Shown: positions 1-13,764 of the stretch, in pieces
Numbering within the stretch: position 1 is the first letter of the stretch
Layout of the letters: every line of letters starts with the position of its first letter
DNA from: Eledone cirrhosa
Lineage: Eukaryota
Assembly (NCBI GenBank): GCA_964016885.1
Contig: OZ024748.1
Location: 16,678,001-16,742,000 of the forward strand
Direction of reading: 5' to 3'
DNA length: 64,000 nt
The notes under the pieces: model-generated
Seen by the model: the letters and a program-made list of their open reading frames with translations, nothing else
Database searches by the model: none
Told to the model about the DNA's origin: nothing
Position numbers and translations under genes: made by a program

Positions 1-79
1 TATAAAAGAGTAAAAGACTATAAATTAAATTCTTAAAAGCAGATAAGAAACTTTGAAAAATGAGAAAGATGAAATAGGA

Positions 80-141
80 AAGAGTTACATCTATGTATAT
101 ATATATATATATATGCACATATACATATATACATACACACA

Positions 142-203
<62 letters not shown>

Positions 204-227
204 CACACACACACACATATACATATG

Positions 228-261
<34 letters not shown>

Positions 262-387
262 CACACACACACATATACATATGTATACACACACACATAT
301 ACATATGTATACACACACACACACATATATGTATAAATATATATATATATGTGTGTGTGTATACATATATGTGTGTGTATATATGTT

Positions 388-418
<31 letters not shown>

Positions 419-466
419 GTGCACGAGGTGAATAAGTCACATATACAGAGAGAGAGAGAGAGAGAT
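80..466. repeat. Compound (TA)n/(CA)n/(TG)n/(GA)n microsatellite
   Basis: Directly visible dinucleotide tracts; source of the YIYI/THTH ORFs. Confidence 0.95.
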
Positions 467-1009
467 GGAGGAGGGACTAAAATGAAAATATGCTGAAATA
501 AAATTTAAAAAATAAAACAAATATAACAATACACACACACTAGAAATATATATTTTATAAAATGTAGGCGAATAAAAAATATATTTTTTAAAATTAATAT
601 TTTTTTTTTTAAATTGCAACCATAATTTATGAAGATATATGACTACCTGGGAGAGAGAAAACTATTCTTTTTCTATTAAAAAAAATATTTTATTTTCATT
701 AGCATCAGCAATCATTTTTATATTATTTTATTATTTTTATTATTGTCCTGTACTGTCCTTAATGTCTACTTTATGTAAACCCTTGTGGTTAATAAAGAAA
801 GCATTATTATTTTTATTATTATTATTTTTATTATTTTTATTATTATTATTATATTTTTTACTACATGGAAAAAGTCTATGTGTCCCCTTCTGCCTCTTCC
901 TCCACCACTTCTTTCTCCTCCTCCACCACTTCTTTCTCCTCCTCCTCTATTTTGTTATCATTACCATTTTTTTATCTCTATGTAGAAATCTCTATGAATC
1001 CTCTTATTG

Positions 1010-1665
1010 TTATCGTCATCATTATCATCACTATCATCATCATCACCACCACCACCCCCCACCACCCTCATCACCACCATCACCACCACCATCTCTATCA
1101 CCACCATCACCATTACCATCATCATCATTACCATCATCATCATCATCATCACATCAACATCACCACCACCACCACCATCATCACCATCACCACCATCACA
1201 ACCATCACCACCACCATTATCATCACCACCACCACCACCACAGCCATCACCACCACCACCACAACCATCACCACCACCACCACCACCATTATTATCATCA
1301 TTATTATCATTACCCCATATATGTCGGCCCTTGTGGCCAATAAATCAAATCATTACCATCATTACTACCATCATTACCATTATCATTACCATCATTACCA
1401 TCATTACTACCATCATTACCATCATTACTACCATCATTACCATTACCATCATTACTATTATCATTACCATCATTACCATCATTACTATTATTACCATCAT
1501 TACCATCATTACTATTATCATTACCATCATTACTATTATCATTACCATCATTACCATCATTACCATCATTACTATTATCATTACCATCATTACTATTATC
1601 ATTACCATCATTACCATCATTACTATTATCATTACCATCATTACCATCATTACTATTATCATTAG
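1010..1665. repeat. (CAC)n/(CAT)n trinucleotide tract grading into a CATTACCAT-type 9-mer array
   Basis: Visible tandem trinucleotides; His/Thr/Ile-rich ORFs in all frames. Confidence 0.9.
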
Positions 1666-2328
1666 TATTATGCAGAATTATTTTTTAGGAGGTGTTTTTT
1701 ATTTTTACCTTCAGACATAAAAAAATATTCATTAATCACAAAAGGTGGTCTCCACTTCACGTATTTTCTCTTTTTACCTTATTGATTAATCCAAGCTAGC
1801 CATGCTTTCTTTGATTTAATTAATAATCTCGCCCTCATTTTTTTTATACACTGATTTTTTTTTAGTTTTTTTTTATGGTGCTACTTTCCTAGCTGTTTCA
1901 TTTTTTTTTTTCATTTTTTAGCTATTAACTGTTTTTATTATTTCTAGGTATTTTTTTTTTTTACTTTTTATATCATTTTTGTATGTTTTAATATATTTTT
2001 GTTGTGTTGTTTACGTTGCTGTAATATACATATATATTTTTTTTTGGGGGGGGGGGCTAATTTCTGACAACTTTTTGGTGTAATGGTACATTACTAGTTT
2101 TTTTTTTATTATTTTTTTTAATATTCTTTTTACATTTCTTTGTATTGTTTTAGTTGGATGTATTTTATGTATTTTATGTTTTCGTATTCTTGTGGCTGTT
2201 TTTGGTGGTTAGAATTAATTTCTAACTGGGAGTTATTGGAGATGAGTTCTGAGCCACAGTTGGTGAGAAAGGGAGAGAAGGAGACGAGGAATTAATTTCT
2301 AAATTACCAATGACATTAGTAATGCTTC

Positions 2329-2433
2329 ACACATGTACTACTATACTTTGTACACTCACACACACATGTACTACTATACTTTGTACACTCACACACACAT
2401 GTACTACTATACTTTGTACACTCACACACACAT
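2329..2433. repeat. 33-bp minisatellite, 3 copies
   Basis: ACATGTACTACTATACTTTGTACACTCACACAC starting at 2331, 2364, 2397. Confidence 0.9.
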
Positions 2434-2492
2434 ATATATAGTCTGTTTTTTATCTTTACTTACTAGAAGAATAATAGAAAATTATTTCAATT

Positions 2493-2640
2493 GAGGGTCA
2501 AATACAAAGGAAAATAAGGGCCAGACGATGGCAGCAAAGGGGATGGAGAAATATTAAGGAATGGACAGGAAGGAGTTTGGTGGAATGTTCGGCAGGGACA
2601 GGAAAAGATGGAGAGTGCTGGTCCATAAGTCCATGTCCCC
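2493..2640 (+). mobile_element. Decayed RTE-clade LINE C-terminal fragment
   Basis: Translates EGQIQRKIRARRWQQRGWRNIKEWTGRSLVECS, resembling the RTE terminal motif EG.I.G.R.RGR....W.DNIKEWTG. Confidence 0.55.
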
Positions 2641-2787
2641 CGACCCTCAGATATGAGGATGGAATGAGGCTAGGCAATTTCAATGACTACTCAATACAAA
2701 TTAGTAGAGAATATGTCTAACACAAAATAATTTTTTTCTTTCCCTTCCAAGCTAAATTATGTCACACATTCACACACACAGACACAC

Positions 2788-2830
<43 letters not shown>

Positions 2831-2882
2831 AATTAAAAAAATTAAAAATTGCAGACGAATCGAATATTCGAAAAACTCAGAT

Positions 2883-3356
2883 TCATCATCATCATCATCA
2901 TCAACGTTTAACGTCCGTGTTCCATGCTTGCATGGGTTTGGACGGGGGTAGTCCCACTTGAGGCAAGAGTGATTGTCTTGCTCGCATAGGACTGTCTGGC
3001 AGGTTTTCTACAGTTGGATGCCCTTCCTAACACCAACCACATTTACACTGTGGGTCTGGGAGGTTTTTACCGTGTTGCCTACACGGCCACATTACAGCGT
3101 GGACTGTGTGTTTTTTTGTCGTCACACCTACACGATCTCATTTGTTTCGGCCTGGATGGCGCAGCACCAACATAACTTTACATAGAACGGGGTGGTGTGG
3201 ATGGGGTGGGGGTGGTGGCGGGACGGGGTGTATTTTGTTAGAGATGCCTACTGGCAAGGCGGGTCTTCTCTGTTACTGAGTACCGCCAAAGGTCTCGGTC
3301 CAGTGACATTGTCTTGGAGAGGTGTAAGTGTGTGAGGTCGGAGTTTATCAGCTCGT
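2883..3356 (-). mobile_element. 5'-truncated RTE LINE (family A): ORF end, 3' UTR and (GAT)n tail
   Basis: Reverse complement of 5255-5748; (CAT)n at the left end. Confidence 0.85.
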
Positions 3357-3419
3357 ACATTTATATATATAGGAGAGAATACATGAAAAGAACATGCTTT
3401 TTCATTACAGGGTATTTTT

Positions 3420-3522
3420 ACTGAGGTTAACTTTGCTTTTCATCCTTACAGGGGTTGATAAAATAAAGTACCAGTAATGCACTGAGTAATTGCTGGCCTT
3501 GTGCCAAAAGTAGAAACAATTA
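3420..3522 (+). mobile_element. tRNA-derived SINE (family B), 3' half
   Basis: GGTTAACTTTGC..TTCATCCTTAC..GATAAAATAAAGTACCAG..GGCCTTGTGCCAAAAGTAGAAAC, shared with many copies in the window. Confidence 0.85.
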
Positions 3523-3539
3523 TATAAAAGTTGAATGAC

Positions 3540-4049
3540 ATCATCATCATCATCATTTTATTTTATGTCCGCTTTTCCCTGCTTGCAAGGGTGGGACGGG
3601 AACTGATTCTGGCTTGATTTCTACAGCTGCATGCCCTTCCTAACACCAACCTCAAAGCGAAACCTACAGTCAGTAGGCACCTCTTACCAAAATCCCCCCC
3701 CGTCCCACTATCCCCCACCCCCACCCCACCCTTTCGATGTAAAGTTATGTTGGTACTACAACATCCAGTCCTAAATAAATGAGGTCGTGTAGGTGTCACG
3801 ACAAAAAAAAAAAAAAACACAGTCCACGCTGTAATGTGGCCATGTAGGTAACACGGTAAAAGCCTCCCAGTCCACACTGTAAACGAGGTTGGTGCTAGGA
3901 AGGGCATCCAGTCGTAGAAAAGACGCCAGACAGCCCTATACGAGCAAGACAACCAATCTTGTCTCAAGTGGGAAAATTCCCGTCCAAAACCCAGGCTAGG
4001 GTGGAAGATGGACGTTAAACGATGATGATGATGATGATGATGATGATGT
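3540..4049. mobile_element. Two RTE-type 3' ends in opposite orientation (3540-3655 minus, 3655-4049 plus)
   Basis: (CAT)n at left, (GAT)n at right; both contain the TGCCCTTCCTA(A/G)CACCAACC segment. Confidence 0.75.
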
Positions 4050-4470
4050 CATCTGACTTTTAATTTAATGTTAATAAATGCTCAGATTTACTACTTGCAA
4101 TCTTTGAGATTAATTCACAGGTGATATGGTTCTGATATTCGCAGACATGGCATCATTAATTTAATTTTGTTAGTATATATATATATATATATATATACAT
4201 ATATATTTATATAGACAAATATATACATATATATTTAACAAATAAAAGGGGACAATGATTTTTAAGCTTTAGTGAAATTTTGAAGACATTACCTCCTTTT
4301 TCTTCAGAAAATAAATTTTACATTCTTCTCATATGTATTGAATGTTCAGTCAATATGATTTATATATGTTACTTTTTACAACACCCACAGGTGTGTGTAT
4401 GTGTATACACGTAACTATATATATAGACACATGTAAATATATATATATATATAAAGACGTAAATAAATAA

Positions 4471-4523
<53 letters not shown>

Positions 4524-4637
4524 ATAGACACATGTAAATATATATATATATTTAAAGACATGTAAATAAATAAATAAATATATATATATATATAGACATG
4601 TAAATATATATATATATATACACATGTAAATAAATGA

Positions 4638-4678
<41 letters not shown>

Positions 4679-4691
4679 AAGAGAGGCAGAC

Positions 4692-4726
<35 letters not shown>

Positions 4727-5185
4727 CAGACACAGAGAGAGAGAGAGAGGCAGACAGACAGAGAGAGAGAAAGAATAGTTTGATAGATAAACAGATAGAT
4801 TTTTGTATGTGCATTCTTCATTTCTCTGTGTACGTTGGTATAAATATTTTATGTGTTGCAACATTCAGTGAAATATAAGGTCATAGCCATAACCATTTAT
4901 CTTCCTGTAGTGTGTTGAAGTTAAGGTCAGTCGGACTGTATTTCAATGCCTACTGGCCAGTTGGCTACAAACGGACATATTGCGGATATAGAATCATTTC
5001 AAATGAAAATATCACAACCAGGATATGAACTCATCATGCTGCCCTCAGAATATGTCTGTCTGTGTGTGTGTGTGTGTGTGTGTGTGAATATTTCATGTCT
5101 GTCTTCCCATTAATTGTTCATGTATGTATATATATATATATATTATATATATATACACACATACATACATATGTGTGTATATATA

Positions 5186-5748
5186 GCAAAGTGCAGGGCA
5201 ATAAAGATAGACGGTAGCCACGGAATAGGCAGACCCAGAAAAACCTGGGACGAGCTGATAAATTCCGACCTCACACACTTGCACCTCACCAAGACAATGT
5301 CACTGGACCGAGACCTTTGGCGGTACTCAGTAATAGAGAAGACCCGCCTTACCTAAATACAAAGTAAAACCTACTACAGTCAGTAGGCATCTCTAACAAA
5401 ATACACCCCCGTCCCACCACCCCCACCCCAGCCCAGCCACACCGCTCCTTTCAATGTAAAGTTATGTTGGTGCCACAACATCCAGGCCGAAACAAATGAG
5501 ATCGTGTAGGTGTCACGTCAAAAAAACACACAGTTCACACTGTAATGTGGCCGTGTAGGCAACACAGTAAAAACCTCCCATCCCCACACTGTAAATGTGG
5601 TTGGTGTTAGGAAGGGCATCCAGCTGTAGAAAACCCGCCAGATAGTCCTATGCGAGCAAGATAACCACTCTTGCCTCAAGTGGGAAAACCCTCCGTCCAA
5701 ACCCATGCAAGCGTGGAACACGGACGTTAAACGATGATGATGATGATA
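5186..5748 (+). mobile_element. 5'-truncated RTE LINE (family A) with ORF C-terminus
   Basis: KCRAIKIDGSHGIGRPRKTWDELINSDLTHLHLTKTMSLDRDLWRYSV (RTE GRPRKTW...DR..WR motif), then ~390-bp 3' UTR and (GAT)n tail. Confidence 0.9.
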
Positions 5749-5775
5749 TATATGTATATATATATATATATATGT

Positions 5776-5825
<50 letters not shown>

Positions 5826-5862
5826 GTATGTGTTTATATATATATATATATATTTATGTGTT

Positions 5863-5895
<33 letters not shown>

Positions 5896-6062
5896 GTATG
5901 TGTTTATATATATATATATATGTATGTGTTTATATATATGTGTTTATATATATATATATATATATATGTATACATATATATATGTATGTGTTTATATATA
6001 TATATATAAGTAAGTGCCGTACTAAGAGTGAGAAATGAAATTTCGTTTTCATTTTATTTCAA

Positions 6063-6101
<39 letters not shown>

Positions 6102-6124
6102 CTATATATACACACACACACATA

Positions 6125-6163
<39 letters not shown>

Positions 6164-6167
6164 TATA

Positions 6168-6292
6168 TAATTGTTTCTACTTTTTGGCAGAAGGCCAGCC
6201 AATACTCAGTACATTACCGGTACTTTATTTTATCGACCCCGTAAGGATGAAAGGCAAAGTTAATCTCGGCAGGATTTGAACTCAGAATGGAA
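6168..6292 (-). mobile_element. SINE family B, partial
   Basis: Reverse complement of the family B core and tail. Confidence 0.85.
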
Positions 6293-6293
6293 A

Positions 6294-6344
<51 letters not shown>

Positions 6345-6347
6345 CAT

Positions 6348-6389
<42 letters not shown>

Positions 6390-6745
6390 CAAAAAATATG
6401 GTTGAGCATTTATCTCCAAGACTTTCTGTGGTTCTGATAGAAGAGGAAAATTAAAAAAAGAATCACTGTTGTTTAGCTGTGAAAATAAAACCATTTTCCT
6501 TTTATATGGTGACTTATTATGTTAGAGGTAGTGCCAATGATATAGCATTGATTTCTTGAAAGAAATTCTTTCTTCACAGACTTTCTTCTCTCTATGCTTT
6601 ATCTTTTCATTCCACATGAGAGTATGATTCTTGCTGAGATGTTAGTTCGCAAATCAAATCAATTCTTTCTTTCTTTCTTTCTTTTTAGTTTTTGCGTTTT
6701 GAAAAAAAAAAAAAAAAAAATGAAAACACAAAATAACAGCAACAA

Positions 6746-6806
<61 letters not shown>

Positions 6807-6864
6807 CTTAAGTATCAGTTATGATTGCCATTACTACTATCATTATTATTATATATATATATAT

Positions 6865-7330
6865 AGTTACGGCCCATTATGGTCCGAGTTCAAATCCCAT
6901 CGAGGTTAACTTTGCCTTTCATCCTTACGGGGTCGATAAAATAAAGTACCAGTAATGTACTGGGTAATTGCTGGCCTTGTGCCAAAAATAGAAACAATTA
7001 TTATCATTATTATTATTAGGTTAGTGGATTGGCAGTATTGGTCGATCATTGGACATGCTTTCTGGCACTCAAATCCCACAGCGGTTAGCGTTCCCTTTCA
7101 TCCTCATGAGATCGATAAAATAAAGTACCAGTAACACGCTGGGGTCAATTTAATCAACTTTCTCCTCCCTCAAAATTGCTGGCCTTGTGCCTGAATCAGA
7201 AACCATTATTATTATTATTTCTATAAGTGTCAGTAGAGTATCGGTCAACTTTGCCTTTCATCCAACCTTCCAAGGTTGACAAAGTACCAGTTATGTTCTG
7301 AGATTGCTTGCCTTGCGCCGATATAACATA
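6865..7330 (+). mobile_element. Cluster of three family B SINE copies
   Basis: B box GAGTTCAAATCCC, repeated core, (ATT)n tails. Confidence 0.8.
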
Positions 7331-7384
7331 GAATTTTCACTATTGCTATCATTATCCTAATTTAATAAGATAGGGAGGGGGCAG

Positions 7385-7845
7385 TTGTTTAACAATCTCA
7401 GAATTGCTGAAGCATGGAACAAACTACATGTATCGGTTGTTAGCTGTCCGGACACTGCATCCTTTAAAACTTCCATGCTTCCTCAAATTCGCCAACACTA
7501 CACCTGAACCTGATATTACCCCAGATACATATGCATGGATGTATCATCATCATCATCTTCGTTTAATGTCCATCTTCCACGCTAGCATGGTTTAGACGGG
7601 AGTTGTCCCACTTGAGGCAAGGTTGGTCGGGTGACCATGCCTCGCTCATATAGGACTATCTGGCAGGTTTTCTACGGCTGGATGCCCTTCCTAACACCAA
7701 CCACATTTACAGTGTGGAACTACATATGTGTATATCAAGACTCATACACTGTTCAATTTCCTGACATTGTACATTATTCTATATACTATACATGCACCAT
7801 TGATGAGTTGTAGTACACCTGAGCACTGTACACAATAATTTCATT
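7385..7845 (+). mobile_element. CR1-type LINE 3' end interrupted by a minus-strand RTE 3' fragment (7543-7720)
   Basis: LRIAEAWNKL..SVVSC..TASFK; matches the uninterrupted copy at 46955-47262. Confidence 0.7.
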
Positions 7846-7851
7846 ATCATT

Positions 7852-7967
7852 GGTTTGAGTTCAAATCCTGCCGAGGTTAACTTTGCCTTTCATCCTTACG
7901 GGGTCGATAAAATAAAGTACCAGTAATGTACTGGGTAATTGCTGGCCTTGTGCCTAAAGTAGAAACA

Positions 7968-8000
<33 letters not shown>

Positions 8001-8348
8001 TGAGCTTTTTCACCTACTTATTTATAAGAAGTTTGTGGTGGAAGGCAGAGCCCTCAAACGTACCTTCTAGCAGGTCCTGTCAGAAGAAACCATTTTAAAT
8101 TGATCCATCTGGATCCCAAAGTGAGACCAGCCAATTCATGGATATTATCCAACCATTATTGTGGATTGGCAGTATCGGTAGAGGGTCGGACGCCATGCTT
8201 TCCAGCAGAGTTACGTCCCTTTACGATCTGAGTTCAAATCCCGCCGAGGTTGACTTTGCCTTTCATCCTTACGGGGTCGATAAAATAAAGTACCAGTAAT
8301 GCACTGGGTAATTTGCTGGCCTTGTGCCAAAAGTAGAAACAATTATTA
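7852..8348 (+). mobile_element. Two family B SINEs (7852-7975 partial; 8161-8348 near full length)
   Basis: Pol III A box TGGCAGTATCGGTAG, B box GAGTTCAAATCCC, core GCCTTTCATCCTTACGGGGTCGATAAAATAAAGTACCAG (resembles a Meta-type SINE domain, from memory). Confidence 0.9.
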
Positions 8349-8522
8349 GACAAAATGTTTTAAAATATTCCTTCCAGTGAATCCTGCTGAGCTCAACTCT
8401 GTCATTCTTCTGGGGGACAATAACTAATGTACCAGTCATATACTGAGGTTGAGATAAAATTATTGATCTTTAGTAATTATTATCATCATTTCTGGGGGCA
8501 GATAAAATAAAGTACTAGTTAA

Positions 8523-9035
8523 GTGGTGATGATGAACATCGGGTATGTTGTTATAATTATAATGGTGGTGGGTGTGGGGGGGGGGGGGGGTGATAGTGGG
8601 TGTGGGGGGTGATAAAGATGGTAATAATTCTAATGGTGGAGGTGGTGGTGATGATGGAGGTGATAAAGATGGTAGTAATTCTAATGGTGGTGGAGGTGGT
8701 GATGATGATGGTGGTGAAGGTGGTGATGATGGTGGTGATGATTATTATGGCAGTTGTGGTGTAGGTGGTGGTGGTGGTGTGATGATGATGATGATTATCA
8801 AGAAGATAATTGTAGTGATGATCATCAGGATATGTCTAATAGCTGATGTTATCACTAACAGGTGTTTTACAGCACAAAAATAAACAACCATCATCATCAG
8901 CAACATTATCATTATCTACATTACCTTCACCACCTTTACCATCATCACTATCTCCATCACCATCCTCATCACCAACCCCTAAAACCAACACCACCAACAC
9001 TACCAAAAACACCACCACTACCAACACCACCACTG
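8523..9035. repeat. (GGT/GAT)n and (CAC/CAT)n low-complexity tract
   Basis: Visible trinucleotide repeats. Confidence 0.8.
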
Positions 9036-9182
9036 GTACTTTATTTTATCAACCCTGATTAGATGAAAAGCAAAGCTCACTTTGATAGGATTTGAACTCA
9101 GAATCTCAGGAGACATAAACATATACTGCTAGGCATTTAAATAATATAACATAATACAATAGATTATAATATATAATATAAT

Positions 9183-10281
9183 TATTTCTACTTTTGGCAC
9201 AAGGCCAGCAATTACCCAGTGTATTACTGGTACTTTATTTTATCAACCCCGTAAGGATGAAAGGCAAAGTTAACCTCGGGGGGATTTGAACTCAGAATGG
9301 AAAGGGCCGTAACTCTTTGCATCAAAGCATGGCGTCCGACCCTCTACCGATACTGCCAATCCACCATATATCATATATATATATACAAAATAATATATAA
9401 TATAATATACGATATATATACGAAATAATATATAATATAATTGTTTCTTCTTTTGGCACAAGGCCATCAATTATCCCAGTGAATTACTGGTACTTTATTT
9501 TATCGATCCCGTAAGGATGAAAGGCAAAGTTAACCTCGGCGGGATTTGAACTCAGATCATAAAGGGTCGTAACTCTATGCTGCAAAGCATAGCGTCCGAC
9601 CCTCTACCGATACTGCCAATCCACCTATAATATATGATATATATATACAAAATAATATATAATATAATTGTTTCTACATTTGGCACAAGGTCAGCAATAA
9701 ATAATATATAATATAATATATGATATATATATACAAAATAATATATACAGTTCCTGTATGAGCAAGGCATGGTCAGCCGACCAGACACTGCCCACAACAG
9801 GACAACCCGTCTAACCCATGCTAGTGTGGAAGAACGGACGTAAAACAGTGATGATGATGATGAATATATGATATATATATACAAAATAATATTTAATATA
9901 ATATATGATATATAATATAATATATGATATATATATACAAAATAATATATAATATAATATATGATATATATATACAAAATAATATATAATATAATATATG
10001 ATATGTATATACAAAATAATATATAATATAATATATGATATATATATACAAAATAATATATAATATAATATATGATATGTATATACAAAATAATATATAA
10101 TATAATTGTTTCTACTTTAGGCACAAGGCCAGCAATTATCCAGTGCATTACTGGTACTTTATTTTATCGACCCTGTAAGGATGAAAGGCAAAGTTAACCT
10201 CGGCAGGATTTGAACTCAGATCGTAAAGGGACGTAACTATGCTGGAAAGCATGGCGTCCGACCCTCTACCGATACTGCCAA
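9183..10281 (-). mobile_element. Three near-complete family B SINEs (9183-9365, 9438-9625, 10103-10281) interleaved with a 37-bp AT minisatellite and an RTE tail
   Basis: Reverse complements of 8161-8348. Confidence 0.85.
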
Positions 10282-10599
10282 TATAATATATGATATATAT
10301 ATACAAAATAATCACAAACAGACCTATTATATTAAATCTTTGTTGGTTTTATTCAATGAACAAATATAATTATTTCTGAGGTCAGCATATGACCTATTCT
10401 CATCCCTAAAATAATCTTTCATTCATAATATTCTTTCCATCCAAAACTGAAATCTACCTTCCTCTACCCATAAATTAAGGTTCTTTTACTACTATATTAC
10501 TATCTTGACCTTCACTATCTTTCTATTGGTCAATTCAAAACCTGTTCCCAAACAGACCTATTGTATTAAATCTTTGTTGGTTTTTTCAATAAACAAATA

Positions 10600-10737
10600 T
10601 CATTATTTCTGAAGACAGCATATATATGTGTAGGTATGTATATTCCTTCTGATAGTTTGTAAACATTTTACATAGATCTATATGATATGCATACCAACAC
10701 TAACATATATATCCTAGAAACGATCGTAAAATGATGA
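10600..10737 (+). ncRNA. Hammerhead ribozyme, long-stem-II family K
   Basis: TCATTATTT-CTGAAGA-(~100 nt)-GAAA-CGATCG-TA-AAATGATGA; stem I pairs over 9 bp (one G-U), GUA cleavage triplet. Confidence 0.75.
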
Positions 10738-10789
10738 ATTTTTTAATATAAGGAACTGTTTCTTTGTTTATTCATTATTTTATTAATTT

Positions 10790-11345
10790 AATATAATATA
10801 TGATATATATATACAAAATAATATATAATATAATATATGATATATATATACAAAATAATATATAATATAATATATGATATATATATACAAAATAATATAT
10901 AATATAATATATGATATATATATACAAAATAATATATAATATAATATATGATATATATATACAAAATAATATATAATATAATATATGATATATATATACA
11001 AAATAATATATAATATAATATATGATATATATATACAAAATAATATATAATATAATATATGATATATATATACAAAACAATATATAATATAATATATGAT
11101 ATATATATACAAAATAATATATAATATAATATATGATATATATATACAAAATAATATATAATATAATATATGATATATATATACAAAATAATATATAATA
11201 TAATATATGATATATATATACAAAATAATATATAATATAATATATGATATATATATACAAAATAATATATAATATAATATATGATATATATATACAAAAT
11301 AATATATAATATAATATATGACATATATATACAAAATAATATATG
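10790..11345. repeat. 37-bp AT-rich minisatellite, about 15 copies
   Basis: Unit TGATATATATATACAAAATAATATATAATATAATATA; further copies at 9865-10103. Confidence 0.9.
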
Positions 11346-11497
11346 ATATATTTGTATATACAAAATAATATATGATAGATTATATATATAATACATATGA
11401 TAATATATACAAGATATGTCTAGACAGAGGGTTGGGTGCAAAGATAGAAAAATAAAAAATAGATATTTTGCAGTGTTTATTTTTTTCTAACCTGCAG

Positions 11498-11552
11498 AAC
11501 TATCTGGAATGAATGTACCAGAGGAATTCTTTAAAAACAATATTAGAAAATG
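11498..11552 (+). CDS. Candidate internal host exon (unidentified)
   Basis: TTTTTTCTAACCTGCAG acceptor, GTAGGT donor, one open frame LSGMNVPEEFFKNNIRK; no homology recognised. Confidence 0.3.
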
Positions 11553-12170
11553 GTAGGTTGGAATTATCTAAGATTAGGTTCTCTCAACATGTCCGATCAC
11601 ATGTGTAGGTGTATATGTGTAGATGTATATGTGTGTATATATATATTATATATATATATATACATTTATATATGCATTTATGTGTATATATATTATATAT
11701 ACTGTATATATATATATATATATATATACAATTATATATACGTTTATGTGTTTACATATATATACTGTATATATATATATATATATATATACAATTATAT
11801 ATAGGTTTATGTGTTTACATATATTATATATACATTTATATATGCGTTTATCTGAACACATATATATATACATTCATATATGTGTTTATGTGTACATATA
11901 TATAATATATACATACATTTATATATGCATGTGTACAAATAATATATACATACATTTATATATGCATGTATGTGCATACTTATATAGATACATTTATATA
12001 TGTATGTATATGCGTACATATATCTATATATACATTTATATATGTATATATGTATGTGCATACATATGTATATATACATTCATATATATATATGTATGTG
12101 CATACATATGTATATATACATTCATATATGTATGTATGTATGTGCATACATATATATATATATTTATATA

Positions 12171-12552
12171 CAATATATTAATAAATGGAAACTATATTTA
12201 TAAAACAATATTTTATTATATATATTTCAAGGGCAACCAAGGCAAATGATGGTGCGCTTTCATCAGATAAAATACAAGTTTGTTTTATAAATAAATATTG
12301 ACATACCCAGAAAAAAAACAACCTTAACAGTTGGAGCTTCCTAACAAATCTGTATTTTATCTGATGAAAGCACACCATAATTTGCCTTGGTTGCCCTTGA
12401 AATATATATAATAAAATAAATATGGTTTTATAAATATAGTTTCCATTTATTAATATATTGTGTATTTACTCCACTAACTTGTTGAGTGCTTTATATCAGT
12501 TATAAAAATGTTTAAGCTTGTTGAATCCCAACAAATTAAATATAACCTCTGC
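12171..12552. mobile_element. PLE pseudo-LTR remnant: inverted repeat 12171-12276/12351-12460 plus 3' tail to 12552, in TA-rich repeat
   Basis: Arms are near reverse complements; each carries a hammerhead; same family at 33180-33470. Confidence 0.75.
12353..12418 (+). ncRNA. Minimal type-I hammerhead ribozyme (antisense twin at 12209-12274)
   Basis: TATTTTAT-CTGATGA-stem II-GAAA-TATATA-TA-ATAAAATA; perfect 8-bp stem I, palindromic stem III. Confidence 0.8.
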
Positions 12553-12968
12553 ATATATATATATATATTTATGTATGTGCATACACATATATATATATAC
12601 ATACATTTATATATGTATGTATGTGCATACATATATATATATATATACATACACATTTATATATGTGTGTATGTGTATACATATATTATACATATATCTA
12701 GCCATTGAAACAGCCGGAGCTCAGCCGTCGGGGTCCTGACTCTTTTCCTACATATATACATATATCTATCTACATATATACATATATCTATCTATATATA
12801 TATATATATATATATAAAACATGAGAAGAAAGAAGAATACTGCGTGGTTGCACATGGGTTACATATGATAAAAATAGTCCTTCGTCAGTGATTTTCCAAC
12901 CATCATTGGTATTTCATCACATTAAAAATCAGATACCTCAGGTTGGTGCGAGCAATAACTAAAAAAAG

Positions 12969-13009
<41 letters not shown>

Positions 13010-13016
<7 letters not shown>

Positions 13017-13432
13017 AGATCAAAAGATGGTTAAAGGAGTTCAATATATTTTATTATGTGCATTTCAAAAACAAACATCATCAAATAATAATATTTGTGT
13101 TTTCATCAGATAAAACAGGAGAACATGATATGAAGGCTAAAAAAACACTTGTTGATAGTGCAGTTTTAAATCAACATATGTTGATTTAAAACTGCACTAT
13201 CCACAAGTGTTTTTTAGCCTTCATATCATGTTCTCCTGTTTTATCTGATGAAAACACAAATATTATTATTTGATGATGTTTGTTTTTGAAATGCGCATAA
13301 TAAAATATATTGAACTCCTTTAACCATCTTTTGATCTTATATTATGCATACTCCAGTCCCACAAACTGTAGAGTGCTTCTTATCCGATATCTGCATTGCT
13401 TTATTGTACTACAATAAAACTCACCTCCTACA
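13010..13432. mobile_element. PLE pseudo-LTR palindrome (13010-13344, centre 13177/13178) plus 3' tail
   Basis: Spacerless ~167-bp arms with about 3 differences; the tail recurs inverted at 52228-52320. Confidence 0.8.
13237..13307 (+). ncRNA. Minimal type-I hammerhead ribozyme
   Basis: TGTTTTAT-CTGATGA-stem II-GAAA-TGCGCA-TA-ATAAAATA; palindromic TGCGCA stem III. Confidence 0.8.
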
Positions 13433-13545
13433 TATATATATATATATATATATTGATCAACTTAAGAAGTATTATTAACATTTGAAATACGTGTCTCTAT
13501 CATAAAAGATAATTTTTGAAAGATGTACGATTCAATTCTTTGCAG

Positions 13546-13612
13546 GTGGCTCTGTCTAGAATACATCTCCAGGGATATTTTACCTGATTTTCTCAACTAT
13601 TATTTATTTTGA
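13546..13612 (+). CDS. Candidate terminal host exon (unidentified)
   Basis: TTCTTTGCAG acceptor; phase-compatible with 11498-11552, giving W-WLCLEYISRDILPDFLNYYLF-stop. Confidence 0.22.
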
Positions 13613-13764
13613 TTACAGTAATTTGTGTTGGGACACATACACACGCACAATTTCAAAGTTTATACATCATCATCATCATCATCATTAGATATAGTTATGA
13701 TGATAAAGTTTTGAATTGGCAATGATGATAAAGTTCATAGAAATAATATCTATATTCACCACTA

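Noticed and set aside
639-1720. His-rich 234-266 aa ORFs
   Set aside because: Trinucleotide repeats open in all frames; no splice or domain evidence
8161-8250. tRNA gene
   Set aside because: A/B boxes are present but there is no cloverleaf, and the segment is always fused to the SINE core and tail
13010-13344. Palindromes as pre-miRNA genes or classical MITEs
   Set aside because: The arms are far longer than pre-miRNA stems, a one-sided tail extends beyond the repeat, and unpaired single-arm copies exist (38920-39050, 33180-33470)
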